Below, in pieces: positions 45,440 through 55,773 of a stretch of 64,000 nt of DNA. Under the pieces are notes generated by a model, which had not been told where the DNA came from, searched no databases, and saw only the letters and a list, made by a program, of their open reading frames with translations. A program made the translations under genes and the position numbers. This stretch comes from a virus. Lineage: Duplodnaviria > Caudoviricetes. The DNA is taken from positions 1 through 64,000 of IMG/VR virus record IMGVR_UViG_3300028797_000010. One strand, written 5' to 3'. Positions within the stretch are counted from its first letter, which is position 1, and each line of letters starts with the position of its first letter.

Positions 45440-46375
45440 TTAGAACACTACGCTACCGCCGAATCCATTGCCGTAGAAACCATTGAAACCGCCCATGTAA
45501 GGTGTGGTATTCACGGCCTGAATCTGTGGCCACTGAACGGGTACGGTAGGAAGCTGCTTGTCGGCAATCTCCGTAACCTTTGCCTGCAATGGAGCAATCA
45601 GTGAATTAACATAACCCGTAATCTGAGCAGTCTGGTTTGCGTTGTCGATTTGACCACGAAGCTGAGTTATGATGTCTGCTTGCGTGTCAATCTTTGCCTG
45701 CATGTCACGCTCGCGGGCTGCACAGAACTGGTCGTTCATTGCAACGGTCTGTGCGTTGATAGCATTCAGCAATGAATTGGTATTGCGGTCTGCCTGTGAA
45801 CCGAGCTGATTAGTCTGATTCAAGGTTGCAATCTGGCTTTCATAACCCTGTTGTGTCACAAGCAGCTTGTTCTCACAGCAACACTTTTCAAATGCGCTAA
45901 TCATTGATGCATTACCACTTTGGATAGCGTTGATAACCTGCGGCACGCTTACGGCCTGCTGTAATGCAAGTGACTGTAATGCGTTCTGAACAGTCTGAAC
46001 ACCTTGGTTGACGAGGTTAAAGTCCTGACCAAGCATCGTGCTCAAAGTCTGGATAGCCGTGCGTGATGCCTCGCCCTGATTGGTGATTGCGTTCATAATA
46101 AGTTCGCGACCCGAATCGTTCGACAGCTGATTAGCCAAGAAAGCCGCGCCTGAGTTTCCTCCGCCAAAGCCTCCATTGCCAAATCCGCCATTGTTCCAGC
46201 CGAACATTGAAGCAATGATAGCCAGTCCAAACAAGTCAGCAATCCCGTTCATGCCGTAGTTGCCGCCAAAAAGACCACCGCCCATGCCAAAGCCGCCAAT
46301 GGGAATAGAGAAAGGTATGTTACCAAATCCTCCGTTGTTGTTGCCGTTCTCGGGCAACTGATAAATCTCTGCCAT
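45440..46375 (-). CDS. Gly/Asn-rich, Gln-rich coiled-coil protein with a CCC motif
   Basis: Start MAEIYQL; GGFG repeats, hydrophobic GLAIIASMFGW, KCCCENK. Confidence 0.85.
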   Translation of the reverse strand: MAEIYQLPENGNNNGGFGNIPFSIPIGGFGMGGGLFGGNYGMNGIADLFGLAIIASMFGWNNGGFGNGGFGGGNSGAAFLANQLSNDSGRELIMNAITNQGEASRTAIQTLSTMLGQDFNLVNQGVQTVQNALQSLALQQAVSVPQVINAIQSGNASMISAFEKCCCENKLLVTQQGYESQIATLNQTNQLGSQADRNTNSLLNAINAQTVAMNDQFCAARERDMQAKIDTQADIITQLRGQIDNANQTAQITGYVNSLIAPLQAKVTEIADKQLPTVPVQWPQIQAVNTTPYMGGFNGFYGNGFGGSVVF

Positions 46376-46440
46376 ATTTTTTTCCTTTCTTTTTTTGTTG
46401 TTTAACTTAATGGAAATTAATGTTGTAACGTTACACGGTG

Positions 46441-46448
46441 CAAATATA
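46441..46448 (-). promoter_or_regulatory. -7 promoter element (TATATTTG) of the unknown operon
   Basis: cgTATATTTGcacc, 66 nt upstream of ATG 46375. Confidence 0.75.
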
Positions 46449-46510
46449 CGACACAAAGAAAGAAAATCAATCGTGGACTTTTTGATGTCCAAAACAAGGT
46501 GTGAACAAAC

Positions 46511-46547
46511 AAAAAAGGCGGCAACACCATCACGATGTCACCGCCTT
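46511..46547 (-). terminator. Intrinsic terminator ending the tail operon
   Basis: AAGGCGG/CCGCCTT stem followed by T6 on the minus strand. Confidence 0.7.
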
Positions 46548-46588
46548 CGTTGAAAAAAGGCTTCAGTCCATAGACTGTGCTGTGTTAC

Positions 46589-46765
46589 CTACAACTTGAT
46601 GTAGTCGAACATCTCCTTCACTTTGTCAAATGAAAGGTATCCGTTAACGGCCACGCCTATGGCTATGGGATATGCGCCACAGTAGAGCGTGTAGCCAACG
46701 CCGCCCACGAGACCGAGAAGCCAAAGGGCGAGCAAGATAAAATAAAGTGGTTTCTTGTACTCCAT
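46589..46765 (-). CDS. Small two-helix membrane protein (58 aa)
   Basis: Manual translation MEYKKPLYFILLALWLLGLVGG... Confidence 0.65.
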   Translation of the reverse strand: MEYKKPLYFILLALWLLGLVGGVGYTLYCGAYPIAIGVAVNGYLSFDKVKEMFDYIKL

Positions 46766-46785
46766 GATTCTACGTTTTTAAGGGG

Positions 46786-47256
46786 TTATTCAACAATAAG
46801 GGCTCCTATCTCGATAGTCTGCTCCATAGTCCAATCGTTCGATGCTATTAACTTGCCGAATGCATCCTCTGTAAGGGGCTCGAAGTCCAGTTTCACCTCT
46901 TTGTCGGCAAACTCCTTGATAGCCTTGCCTACGAGCAAGTTGTACTTCTGAAACTCCACTACGAATGCCCCGTATTCAGCAGCACCCATAGGTAGATTCG
47001 ACGCATCGAGGTTAGGCTCCTTTATCATGCGCTCGTAGTCCTGTGCCTTTTGTAAACGCTCGGCAAAGTCCTCTGTGGGCTTTAGCTTGTCTGCGGCATC
47101 CTTTGCGTCCTCGTCGAACTTGGTGGCAAAGGGTTTCAGCGCACGGGCTATCTTCCACACTTTTACCTTGTCTTTATCCTCGAGTTTTGCATACTTTGCC
47201 ATTGATATTACCTTGTAAGCGGCAAGAATCTTTTCTGTTTTGATAGTCTGTTTCAT
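46786..47256 (-). CDS. Hypothetical helical protein downstream of tail genes (possible assembly chaperone)
   Basis: 156-aa ORF; position-based inference. Confidence 0.6.
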   Translation of the reverse strand: MKQTIKTEKILAAYKVISMAKYAKLEDKDKVKVWKIARALKPFATKFDEDAKDAADKLKPTEDFAERLQKAQDYERMIKEPNLDASNLPMGAAEYGAFVVEFQKYNLLVGKAIKEFADKEVKLDFEPLTEDAFGKLIASNDWTMEQTIEIGALIVE

Positions 47257-47279
47257 AATTTCTTTTGTTTATTGTGATG

Positions 47280-48479
47280 TTATGTTGTTACTTGTGATGC
47301 TGGACTGAGTGGGGTGTACTGCGATATGGGGCCAAAGCATTTGTAGTATTGCAATAACCCGTAAGTAAACCTTATCCACATGTATGTGTTTGCCGTCTGT
47401 AGGTTTTGAATCCTTAACGTGCTTGAAACCGAGTGAGCGCCGACGGTTGTGCTTACAGGCCAGTTTGTAAACGATGACGGCTGCGTAGATGACGACTGAT
47501 TGTATGCGTATGCAAGGTTCAGCATATCTGCACCATTGTTGTTTATCACACGGAAATTGTAGGTGTATGCCTGTGTCAGCATAGCGACTATATCCAAGTC
47601 GATGTCAAGCTGGTCTGTCTTGTCAACTGCCATAGTCTCCAGTACAGGACAGTTAGGACATGTGTAGCGTGTTTCGCCGTGAGTGACGTATATGTCATTA
47701 GAGATAACGCCCTGACGAGTGCTAAGTATCGGATAGACCTTGTAAGTCTTTCCTTTTTGCAGCATAGTGCCAGACGTTTGCGCCTTTAACACATCACCGC
47801 CTACGGAGTCGGAAGTTACAAGGAGTGTCCTTGGACTTGCGCTTGAGTCGTTGGCTATGAATACCGCACCGAAATAAAGGTTTGTGCCAGAGCCTACGAC
47901 GTTCAAGTCTGCGAGCGAGATGCTGTCATAGCCGCTACCGTCAAGGTTTATGGCGGCACTCACTCTTATATACAAACCTTCGCCTACTGATGTTTTTGCG
48001 GGAACGCTGAGATAGTCCACTGGTGGAATTGCCTTTGCGTTGTAGCCTGCAAAGTCAGTCTCACGGAACGGATATTGTACGCCCGATATGGTGAAGATAC
48101 CCCTTGGCTTTGTGTAAGTCCATCCGTTTAAACCTCCATCGTAGTAGCCTATAAACGTTGATTCGTTCCAACCAGAAAAGTCCATACTTCTCGGCGTGAT
48201 GCCGTATAGCTGACTGCTTAACCCCATGTACCAATTAGCACTATCCTTCCACTTTAATTGCTGAAAGTTCCATTGGTCTGACGTGTCCCTGCTGTTGTAG
48301 CACACGGGCTTGAACTTCGACCAGATGTTGATTGTCCCATAGAGAATGCAATAGCCCAAGTCGGGCACGTTGCAACCTGTGGCTTGCATAATGTCCACGA
48401 TGTCAACACCAAGCGGATTTGTCTGCCCTGTTGATGGCGGGTTTACCGTAATCTTTCCTGTGCTTCTGTTGTATGGCAT
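47280..48479 (-). CDS. Tail-associated structural protein
   Basis: INIWSKFKPV, KP.G....PFR.TDF.GYN..A..P motifs typical of Bacteroidota phage tail-region proteins; beta-rich. Confidence 0.65.
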   Translation of the reverse strand: MPYNRSTGKITVNPPSTGQTNPLGVDIVDIMQATGCNVPDLGYCILYGTINIWSKFKPVCYNSRDTSDQWNFQQLKWKDSANWYMGLSSQLYGITPRSMDFSGWNESTFIGYYDGGLNGWTYTKPRGIFTISGVQYPFRETDFAGYNAKAIPPVDYLSVPAKTSVGEGLYIRVSAAINLDGSGYDSISLADLNVVGSGTNLYFGAVFIANDSSASPRTLLVTSDSVGGDVLKAQTSGTMLQKGKTYKVYPILSTRQGVISNDIYVTHGETRYTCPNCPVLETMAVDKTDQLDIDLDIVAMLTQAYTYNFRVINNNGADMLNLAYAYNQSSSTQPSSFTNWPVSTTVGAHSVSSTLRIQNLQTANTYMWIRFTYGLLQYYKCFGPISQYTPLSPASQVTT

Positions 48480-48480
48480 A

Positions 48481-51400
48481 TCACGCTGATTTTAACTGTT
48501 CCAACTCTTTTCTCAAAATCTCGTTCTCGCTTTCAAGTTCCTTGATACGCTTCTCGTGGTCAACCACCTTGCGGGCGGTGATGACGGCGGAAACAATAGA
48601 AATAGCGTTATAGTCCAACGTAAGACCACGTTCTCCCATATCAAGCACCGTGTTTGGCAACACATTTTGCCAATATTGAGCGGATGTGCCAACATGCACT
48701 CCATCCCCATAGTCTTTGTCTTTCCACGTAAAGTTAAAGACAGGTGCAGACGCAATACTATTAATATTTAAATCGTTAATGTCACCAGCAATATTCTTTT
48801 TTCTCATATCAGAAGAAATCACAGAACCGTTGACGCAAATTCCAGTGGCGTTGACGTTAAGGTAATTGCCACTCGGAAGCGTATATTTTTCCATATTAAT
48901 AGTCGTGCTACTATCTACATAGAAATAAATCTTTCCTTTCACAAAGGAATTTCCGTCAATCTTTAACTTGTAAGTAGTGCCGCTGTCGGGGGCTATATTT
49001 ATCCCTACATTGCCATCAAACTTTGTCGTTCCGTTGACATAAAGTTTGTAACCACTTTGAATGTTATCCGAACCTATACATACTTGATATGTATCCACAC
49101 CAAGGTATGCGTGACCGTTAACTTTTAGTTTATAGGTACTATCATCGGGGTCGCCTCCAATTCCTACGTTACCAGTAAGCGTACTTTTGCCTGTTACGGA
49201 CAAAGTGCCAGCAGCTGCTATATTTCCACTTGCGCTAACATCGAAAACATAAAGCGTCTTGAACTTTAAGGACGATGAACCAAGATATGATGAATTTGTG
49301 GTAGTTGGAGTAATATTGCCACCAACAGAAATATTTGTTGTTACGGCAAGCGAATTAGGAGATGTTGTCAAGTACCCTTGATTGCCTACCCATGTTTCAG
49401 TAGCCACTTTATTTCCACCGCTATACAAAAGCCCACTCTTCATGTAGCAGTTGGCCTGCGTGTACGTCTGAACGCCATCTGCGCTTGCTGTGCTTGCGCC
49501 AACAAGATAAAAATTAGATGAAGATTGTGTTACGCCTGTACCCGTTGTATTCTTTGTGTCATTATCCGTATTTTCCCAAGGCACATGCACAAACGCTTTC
49601 CCGTCTGCCCTAAGTTGTACCGCGTAGTATCTTGCTACACTCCCCGTTTCCGAAATGATATTTGGAGATGAAGTCAAAACATTGGAGACCTTTATGATAC
49701 CATAGTCAGATGCTGTAGCGGCTGGGAAAGTGATAACGCCATTCGTTGGGGTAAGGCTTGTGCCACCACTTGTAAGCGAGATACTATCCACGCTACCACC
49801 ACCGATACTACTGAGTGCCACCGTACCACCGCCAGCAAGGAGAACGTATGTATCATCACTCCCCGTAACCTTGTAGCCTGTAGCCTCTATAAGACCCGTC
49901 GTAAGGATGCCGTAGAGCGTTGTAACGCTGCTTACCGTTACGCTGTTCGCCACAACCTTCAACCGATAGTTGCTGTCAACCGAACTGCCACCGATAATGG
50001 CCTTTCCATTCGTTACTTGCAAGTCGTTAGATGACACAATGGAGCCAGTCGATGTCAACTGGTTTGTCCTTATCGTGGTGTTCACGGAATAAGCCCATTC
50101 CGCGCCCGTCCACACAAGTGCGCTGTTTGCCACGTTCGATGTCGGTGCGGCAAGCGAGGACTGGTTAAGGCTGTTCACAATATCACTCAGCACAAGCACA
50201 GAACTGCTTGTGTTCATGCCCAACGCACTTACGCCTCCCGTGGCAAAGAACGAGCCGTTCAGCTTGACCAAGCCGTTGTCAATGGTCAAATAGATGGCGT
50301 TTGTGTCGTTGTTAGAGTTTGGCTTGTAGAGGTATATCTTCTTTACGAACAGCGAGTTGTCAACACCGAGGTCGCAGTTTGCGGTGTCAACCTCATCTTT
50401 ATTGTTAAGGTTGCCTTGTATATAAACCCTGCCTCCAGACCATGTGTGTAGGCAAGGGCTGTAGCCACCGCCAGAGTTGGTGGCATAAAGACGAACGGAC
50501 GTTCCGAGGATTCTCGTCTGTCGGGTATTGTCGCTAAGTACAAGGTTATATCCCGTTATCGTCCCGCTTGTGCTTACCACTTGCAGTGAGGCTACGTCCG
50601 AAAGGTTGTTGAGCGGGTCTCTGAAACGTATGAACGGTGTAGATGTTTCTGTAGTCGTGCTACTAAGGCAGCCAATGGAAACATATTGATAGACGCTTGA
50701 TGTGGCAGAATACTTAAGCCTTAACTGTCCGATTGCGTCAATGGCAAAATCACTTCCGCTCTTTACTACGGATAGTGTGCCCTCCATTGAAATAGAACTG
50801 CTTCCAGTATTGATTCCTACGCGACTGTTGGTGGTGTCGAAATAGAGCAACGAGTCTATGTTGGTCACATAGCTCAACGCTGCGGGCGTAGTCGATGTGC
50901 CGACGCTTACAGGAGAACCCGAAGTCCAGTAGTCGTTACCGAAAAGCGATTGTGTCGATGGCCTGTTTTGAATGTCACTCCAGTCAACGGTTGTCGTAAA
51001 CTCATTAAGAGGCTTGTACCCCCACGAAGAGCCATTGTAAGCCAGCACACAGGCAACCGTCGGCGCATTATTTATGTTGTTGATGGAAAGCAACGGTTCG
51101 TATAAAGTAACACCACCGCCACCGCCGCTACCCGACGAAGCACCGAACGCGGCAAGGGATTGCATAGACCAAAAAGCCTTCAATGCCTTGATGTTGTTTA
51201 TGGTGGCCAGCGCCGCAGTCCTTGCGCTTCCAGATAGTGCTTGTATGTCGGCAACGTTTATCTTCGTGTCGCTCGAATTGAAAGCGTTGAACATTGCCTC
51301 AAAGACATCAATTGCGACATAGTTGCTCGCCGCGTCCGAAACCTTCAAGTATTCAGAGAAGTCTATCAAGTCATTGCCAATATACAGATAAGAGGTCTTG

Positions 51401-54400
51401 ACCGTATCACCTTTTACCGTCAGTTCACCTGAAGCGTCCCATGATATGTTTCCGTCGGCCACATAACCCGAACCGTCAAAGCGGAACAGTGATTTTGCGT
51501 ATCGGTAGCTTGCAAGATATTGTTCAAGCGTAGTACCTGCAGGGGGATTCCTTTGATAGTCGGCTATGAGTGATTCCTTGTCTATCGGGTCGCCACCATA
51601 CCATGCGGCCACGCCATAGCCGCGCGAACTGGCACTGTACATTCCGCTAATACCACTCCATATATTCGGTGTGGCCGCCGTGTCGCGCAACGCCACCATA
51701 GAAGAAAGCACAAGACCGCCAGCAATCTGCGTAGTGCCTCCCGTCATGGCTTTAAGCACGTCCGTAAGATAGCGATACGCGTTGTAGTCCGAGGCAAGTT
51801 GCCAGTCACCAATACTAAACACTGGATTGCCTTGTGCGTCTACGCCCGAATCACGCTCACATACAAGTATCTCGTTTTCGTATTTTGGTGACGTTTGCCC
51901 CGACGGAGGCGTGTAATTGGCGTTTATCCACAAGTCACCTTTCTTGTAAGGCGGTATGGGATAGCCGTTAGCGTCAACATTTCCAAGCCCTGTACCAAAG
52001 ACGCGGTTATTTTCTACGAATTGTGAAAGCGGTATCTCCGTACCGTTGTCATCAACCATACTTCCAATGTCAAGGATAGCCTTTATCTTCAGCCTCGGAG
52101 GATTAAGCAGCGTACCGTCGCCTTGTGTGTAGTGAATATATGTACTGCCTTCCGTTTCACCCTGTGCTGGTATTGCACCCACATACATGTCGCCGTAGAC
52201 GTTCATATAGGCTCGTGCCGTTGACGAATCGTAACCAAGGGATATGTACATGTTTCCGTTGTGGTTGTACGTGTTGATGCCTTGGAATATCTGATAAGAC
52301 GGGGCGTTTTCGCCGCTTACAAATTCCACTATTGCACCTTGACGCGTGGTGTCCCAGATGTTACCCATTTGTACAATGTCATCTTGTGCAATAGGAGGTT
52401 CCGAACCCGTGTCAAAACTCAGATACGTATAGGAGTTTTGTCCGACGGTAATCGTGACATTTTGGGGGTTCCCGTTTGCGTCATGCCTATTCGAAAGGTC
52501 TATGTAGTGCTCCTCGTTGATAGGGCTTTGGCTTACGTTTGTCACAAGCCTTGCATAGTAATGCTGCTGGAGGCTTGTTGAGTCCACGTTCGTCTCCTCG
52601 CAGCACGCGAGGTCGCCTACCTCAAAATCGTTGGTGATTTTCTTGCCGTTGTCATCGGCTCGGAAGAAACAGCGGAAAAAATCTGCCTCGCTTGCGTCGT
52701 TCGTCAGCACGCCGTTCGAGGTGTAGTATTCGACGCGCGAGCAGTTCATTCCCGCAGGCGATGCCACACGGTTGCCACCGCTGTGCTTGTACTTGCGAAC
52801 CTCGACGGTATCAAAGTAAGCCTTTACGCGCACGTACATACGGTCGCACTCAAGATAAGTCCGTCCGTCGGCGTCCATGCGGAATATGCCGCCCTCGCCC
52901 AACAGCCCAGTGACATAGCGCTCGCCGACCTGCAGGCCGCGTATAAGCCGTATCAAGCCCTGTGCCGTATCGTCAACATCCTTGCGCAGGTAGCGGTTGT
53001 CGTTCACCGCGCCCACACCGCCCTCGCCCATCAAAAGGCGCAGGCTTGACACTTCGCTTGTCACCTGACCTATCGGGTTCAGCACAATCTCTATGTCATC
53101 GGTGAGCGTGATGTTGTATTCGGGCAACGGCTTGTCACCGTATTTTATGGTAAGCTGCTTGATGTACAAGGCGTGAACCACTCCGCAGTATTCGAACCTC
53201 GCGATTACGTTCGGTCGCATCTGTGCAAGTATGTTGGCGTTCTTTGCAAGGAAATGCTCGTCGAACTTCAGCGGATAGTCGTAGTAGTACACGTTGTTGT
53301 CGTGCATGTACTGCAGCATGTCCGCGTCAAGCCTTTTCTCAGCACCCGTGACGTAGCTTTGCGGCAACGATATGCCCAAGATAACGAACTTGTCGCCATC
53401 GTTCGCGCCGACAAGCGATTCTCCGTGCGGCTGCTGGTATATGTTCGGCATCAGCTTGCCGAAGGTAGTGTTCTCCTTCTTCACCACAACGGATATGGAC
53501 GTGGACGTGCTATCGGGGTATTTATCGCCATCGCGAACATGGCCATCATCCTCTTCCAAATTCGGATTATGGATAACGGGGTCGAACTCGCCATCAGCGT
53601 TGTAGAAGTTGCGCTTGTAGTCCTCCCAGTCAACGGCAACGGGGAACGTACAGCCTATGCAAGCACCGCTGCGCATGTATATGGACATTTTCTGCGTGAT
53701 TGCGGCACAGGCATAGAGGTCGAACCCAAGCGCGGGAAGAACCATTCTGAAGTACGACTGCACGTAGTTGCCGTCATCGTCCATAGAATCGTCCCAGTCG
53801 GGCGTGGGGATAACGGAGTTGTTAAGCAGTACGGTGTGCTCGAAGTTCAGTATCGTAGACTTGAACGTGACGTACTTGAAATAGCCGTCGCTATGGAAAC
53901 GCCAGTCGTATTGGTATGTGGTTCGCGTCTGGTTGCTCCATTGCTCGTCGGAATCGTTCTGAAGGAAAGACTCTTTCAGTGCCTTAATCGCATCCTTTTC
54001 GTCCTCGTTTTCGGACTCGCTGTAATATCCGTCAAGCAAGTCGAGGAAAGCCACTTGGGATATGGCGTCCATCATGCTGTTGTCATAGGACGTCACGTCC
54101 AAAAGCCGTATCTCTCCAAGTTCGGGCTTGATGTCCCCGAACTCGTGTATTTCGTATGACGGTTCGGACGGCACTATGGGGTTGTCCCAAGTCTCGTCCT
54201 GTGTGTCTATGGCGTCGTAGTAGTCTATAAGCTTTGTGTCGGGGTCGTAGTTGGGGTTGGTCGCGCCGCTTGCAAGGTACGGACTGAGCCTGTTGAACAA
54301 CGTCTCGACGTATATCGATGGCATCAGGTGGTTGCGCGTGAACGGGTGCTTGATAAGCTTCACGTACCTACCGCCCATGATGCCCATGTACAGCGGATAG

Positions 54401-55332
54401 CTGTCGGGGTCTTCCCCGCTGTTGTTTATGGTGTAGTCCCAGTCGGGGTTTCCGTACCAAGGAATCTGCGGATAGCCGTACGGTATGTTGTCCTCGCTTC
54501 CGTAGCCCGCTATGCGCGTGACAATCTTGTTGTTCCGTGGTGTGCGGGAGTTGTTCTTCAAGCCCAAGCCCTTACCGAAATGGAACACGAAAGGCACATA
54601 TTGCCCGCCGACGTTACTGAATATCTCTTGGTTGGGCAATCCGAACACTATCCTATAAAGCTTTCCTTCCGAATATTCGTTGTCCCAAGGATTTGCGTTG
54701 TCTATGATATACGGCACTTCCCATGTCTCGTAGGCTCGTTTCAAGACCTCGGCAACGGTTTGGTTGTCAAACGTCATCACGTCGGAAAGCTTGTATATGT
54801 CATAAGACACGCCCGACGCGACATTAATCGTAACGTACCATTCCGTGTTGTCAAGGTTCTTGTTGAGCTTTGTGGCAAGGTCTACAAAGTTGCCCACCCA
54901 CTGGAAGGTCTTATTCTCGGAAAGATAGTATTTCTGGCTATCCGTCACGGCAACGTCGGTGAACGGGAAATTGCCCAACATGTACATCGGATGGTAGAAC
55001 GTGAACGAGTACTTGGTCATTCCCTTCAGCTGCACATTGTCCGACGCCATGCCCTCGCGTACTATCGTGGGAGGATTGACAAGCACAAACCTTGTGGGAA
55101 CCTCCTCTTCATCGTCGGGGTTCCACTTGAACTCGATGTATTCACGCATCGTGACAGCCAGCGTGTTGTCCTTGTAGTAGACGTCGCCAGTTATCTTGTC
55201 ACCAAGCGACATGACCACGCTGTCGAACGTGGCCTTCTTTAATACGAGGTCATGGAACGGCGTCTTAGTGCCGTCATCGTCATAGTATATCGGGAACGTC
55301 CTGTTCAGCCCTAATGTATCACCCGTAGCCAT
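48481..55332 (-). CDS. Large tail/tail-spike protein with a C-terminal peptidase S74 intramolecular chaperone
   Basis: 2283 aa; TRIAGYGSEDNIP tail-type N-terminal region; beta-helix-like repeats; SSDMRKKNI...F.WKDK...GTSAQ...LDY plus a terminal coiled coil. Confidence 0.88.
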   Translation of the reverse strand: MATGDTLGLNRTFPIYYDDDGTKTPFHDLVLKKATFDSVVMSLGDKITGDVYYKDNTLAVTMREYIEFKWNPDDEEEVPTRFVLVNPPTIVREGMASDNVQLKGMTKYSFTFYHPMYMLGNFPFTDVAVTDSQKYYLSENKTFQWVGNFVDLATKLNKNLDNTEWYVTINVASGVSYDIYKLSDVMTFDNQTVAEVLKRAYETWEVPYIIDNANPWDNEYSEGKLYRIVFGLPNQEIFSNVGGQYVPFVFHFGKGLGLKNNSRTPRNNKIVTRIAGYGSEDNIPYGYPQIPWYGNPDWDYTINNSGEDPDSYPLYMGIMGGRYVKLIKHPFTRNHLMPSIYVETLFNRLSPYLASGATNPNYDPDTKLIDYYDAIDTQDETWDNPIVPSEPSYEIHEFGDIKPELGEIRLLDVTSYDNSMMDAISQVAFLDLLDGYYSESENEDEKDAIKALKESFLQNDSDEQWSNQTRTTYQYDWRFHSDGYFKYVTFKSTILNFEHTVLLNNSVIPTPDWDDSMDDDGNYVQSYFRMVLPALGFDLYACAAITQKMSIYMRSGACIGCTFPVAVDWEDYKRNFYNADGEFDPVIHNPNLEEDDGHVRDGDKYPDSTSTSISVVVKKENTTFGKLMPNIYQQPHGESLVGANDGDKFVILGISLPQSYVTGAEKRLDADMLQYMHDNNVYYYDYPLKFDEHFLAKNANILAQMRPNVIARFEYCGVVHALYIKQLTIKYGDKPLPEYNITLTDDIEIVLNPIGQVTSEVSSLRLLMGEGGVGAVNDNRYLRKDVDDTAQGLIRLIRGLQVGERYVTGLLGEGGIFRMDADGRTYLECDRMYVRVKAYFDTVEVRKYKHSGGNRVASPAGMNCSRVEYYTSNGVLTNDASEADFFRCFFRADDNGKKITNDFEVGDLACCEETNVDSTSLQQHYYARLVTNVSQSPINEEHYIDLSNRHDANGNPQNVTITVGQNSYTYLSFDTGSEPPIAQDDIVQMGNIWDTTRQGAIVEFVSGENAPSYQIFQGINTYNHNGNMYISLGYDSSTARAYMNVYGDMYVGAIPAQGETEGSTYIHYTQGDGTLLNPPRLKIKAILDIGSMVDDNGTEIPLSQFVENNRVFGTGLGNVDANGYPIPPYKKGDLWINANYTPPSGQTSPKYENEILVCERDSGVDAQGNPVFSIGDWQLASDYNAYRYLTDVLKAMTGGTTQIAGGLVLSSMVALRDTAATPNIWSGISGMYSASSRGYGVAAWYGGDPIDKESLIADYQRNPPAGTTLEQYLASYRYAKSLFRFDGSGYVADGNISWDASGELTVKGDTVKTSYLYIGNDLIDFSEYLKVSDAASNYVAIDVFEAMFNAFNSSDTKINVADIQALSGSARTAALATINNIKALKAFWSMQSLAAFGASSGSGGGGGVTLYEPLLSINNINNAPTVACVLAYNGSSWGYKPLNEFTTTVDWSDIQNRPSTQSLFGNDYWTSGSPVSVGTSTTPAALSYVTNIDSLLYFDTTNSRVGINTGSSSISMEGTLSVVKSGSDFAIDAIGQLRLKYSATSSVYQYVSIGCLSSTTTETSTPFIRFRDPLNNLSDVASLQVVSTSGTITGYNLVLSDNTRQTRILGTSVRLYATNSGGGYSPCLHTWSGGRVYIQGNLNNKDEVDTANCDLGVDNSLFVKKIYLYKPNSNNDTNAIYLTIDNGLVKLNGSFFATGGVSALGMNTSSSVLVLSDIVNSLNQSSLAAPTSNVANSALVWTGAEWAYSVNTTIRTNQLTSTGSIVSSNDLQVTNGKAIIGGSSVDSNYRLKVVANSVTVSSVTTLYGILTTGLIEATGYKVTGSDDTYVLLAGGGTVALSSIGGGSVDSISLTSGGTSLTPTNGVITFPAATASDYGIIKVSNVLTSSPNIISETGSVARYYAVQLRADGKAFVHVPWENTDNDTKNTTGTGVTQSSSNFYLVGASTASADGVQTYTQANCYMKSGLLYSGGNKVATETWVGNQGYLTTSPNSLAVTTNISVGGNITPTTTNSSYLGSSSLKFKTLYVFDVSASGNIAAAGTLSVTGKSTLTGNVGIGGDPDDSTYKLKVNGHAYLGVDTYQVCIGSDNIQSGYKLYVNGTTKFDGNVGINIAPDSGTTYKLKIDGNSFVKGKIYFYVDSSTTINMEKYTLPSGNYLNVNATGICVNGSVISSDMRKKNIAGDINDLNINSIASAPVFNFTWKDKDYGDGVHVGTSAQYWQNVLPNTVLDMGERGLTLDYNAISIVSAVITARKVVDHEKRIKELESENEILRKELEQLKSA

Positions 55333-55769
55333 CTTAGTAACTTTATGGTTGCAAAGATAATAACTAAAATTGAAATAATTAAAGAATACTTGTATATTTT
55401 TGGAACTTTAACAACTTCCTTTGTCGTCTCTTTACGTATGGTAACTATGCTGTCGCGCCACATAGTGTCCGTGCGCAAGACGATTCTATCCACGTACTTG
55501 GTGTGCCACCGTTCAACAAAAAACGAATCTCCTTTGGCGTGTATGTAGATGCTGTCATGCACCCGTTCCGTCACCGTATCCTTTTCCACCTTTGTGACGT
55601 AATGGTACACGTCACGGTCGCGGTACTCAATCTTTGTGCGTGTGGCACAGGACGTGAAAGCCATGCAGAACACGACGGCAATGACCATAAGCATTAGCGT
55701 GCGACCAAAGCAACCGCCGTTCTGCACGGTTTCCTCCCAAACCATCCTTGTATATTCCTCCCTTGTCAT
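55311..55769 (-). CDS. Lipoprotein with a C-terminal TM helix (spanin-like)
   Basis: AFTS-C lipobox, repeated DT/DS-V-Y strands, C-terminal YSLIISILVIIFA. Confidence 0.6.
   Translation of the reverse strand: MTREEYTRMVWEETVQNGGCFGRTLMLMVIAVVFCMAFTSCATRTKIEYRDRDVYHYVTKVEKDTVTERVHDSIYIHAKGDSFFVERWHTKYVDRIVLRTDTMWRDSIVTIRKETTKEVVKVPKIYKYSLIISILVIIFATIKLLRWLRVIH
55352..55359 (-). promoter_or_regulatory. -7 promoter element (TATCTTTG) embedded upstream of the large tail gene
   Basis: TATCTTTGcaacc, about 20 nt before ATG 55332. Confidence 0.55.
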
Positions 55770-55773
55770 AGGC

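Noticed and set aside
46335-46350. AAC-rich run as the missing DGR template repeat
   Set aside because: Encodes NGNNNGG in the CCC protein and has no similarity to the VR's constant positions
53173-55242. Long plus-strand ORFs (328 and 304 aa) opposite the tail gene; likewise 60257-60985
   Set aside because: Antisense shadows expected from GC-rich biased codon usage; no promoter or protein motifs
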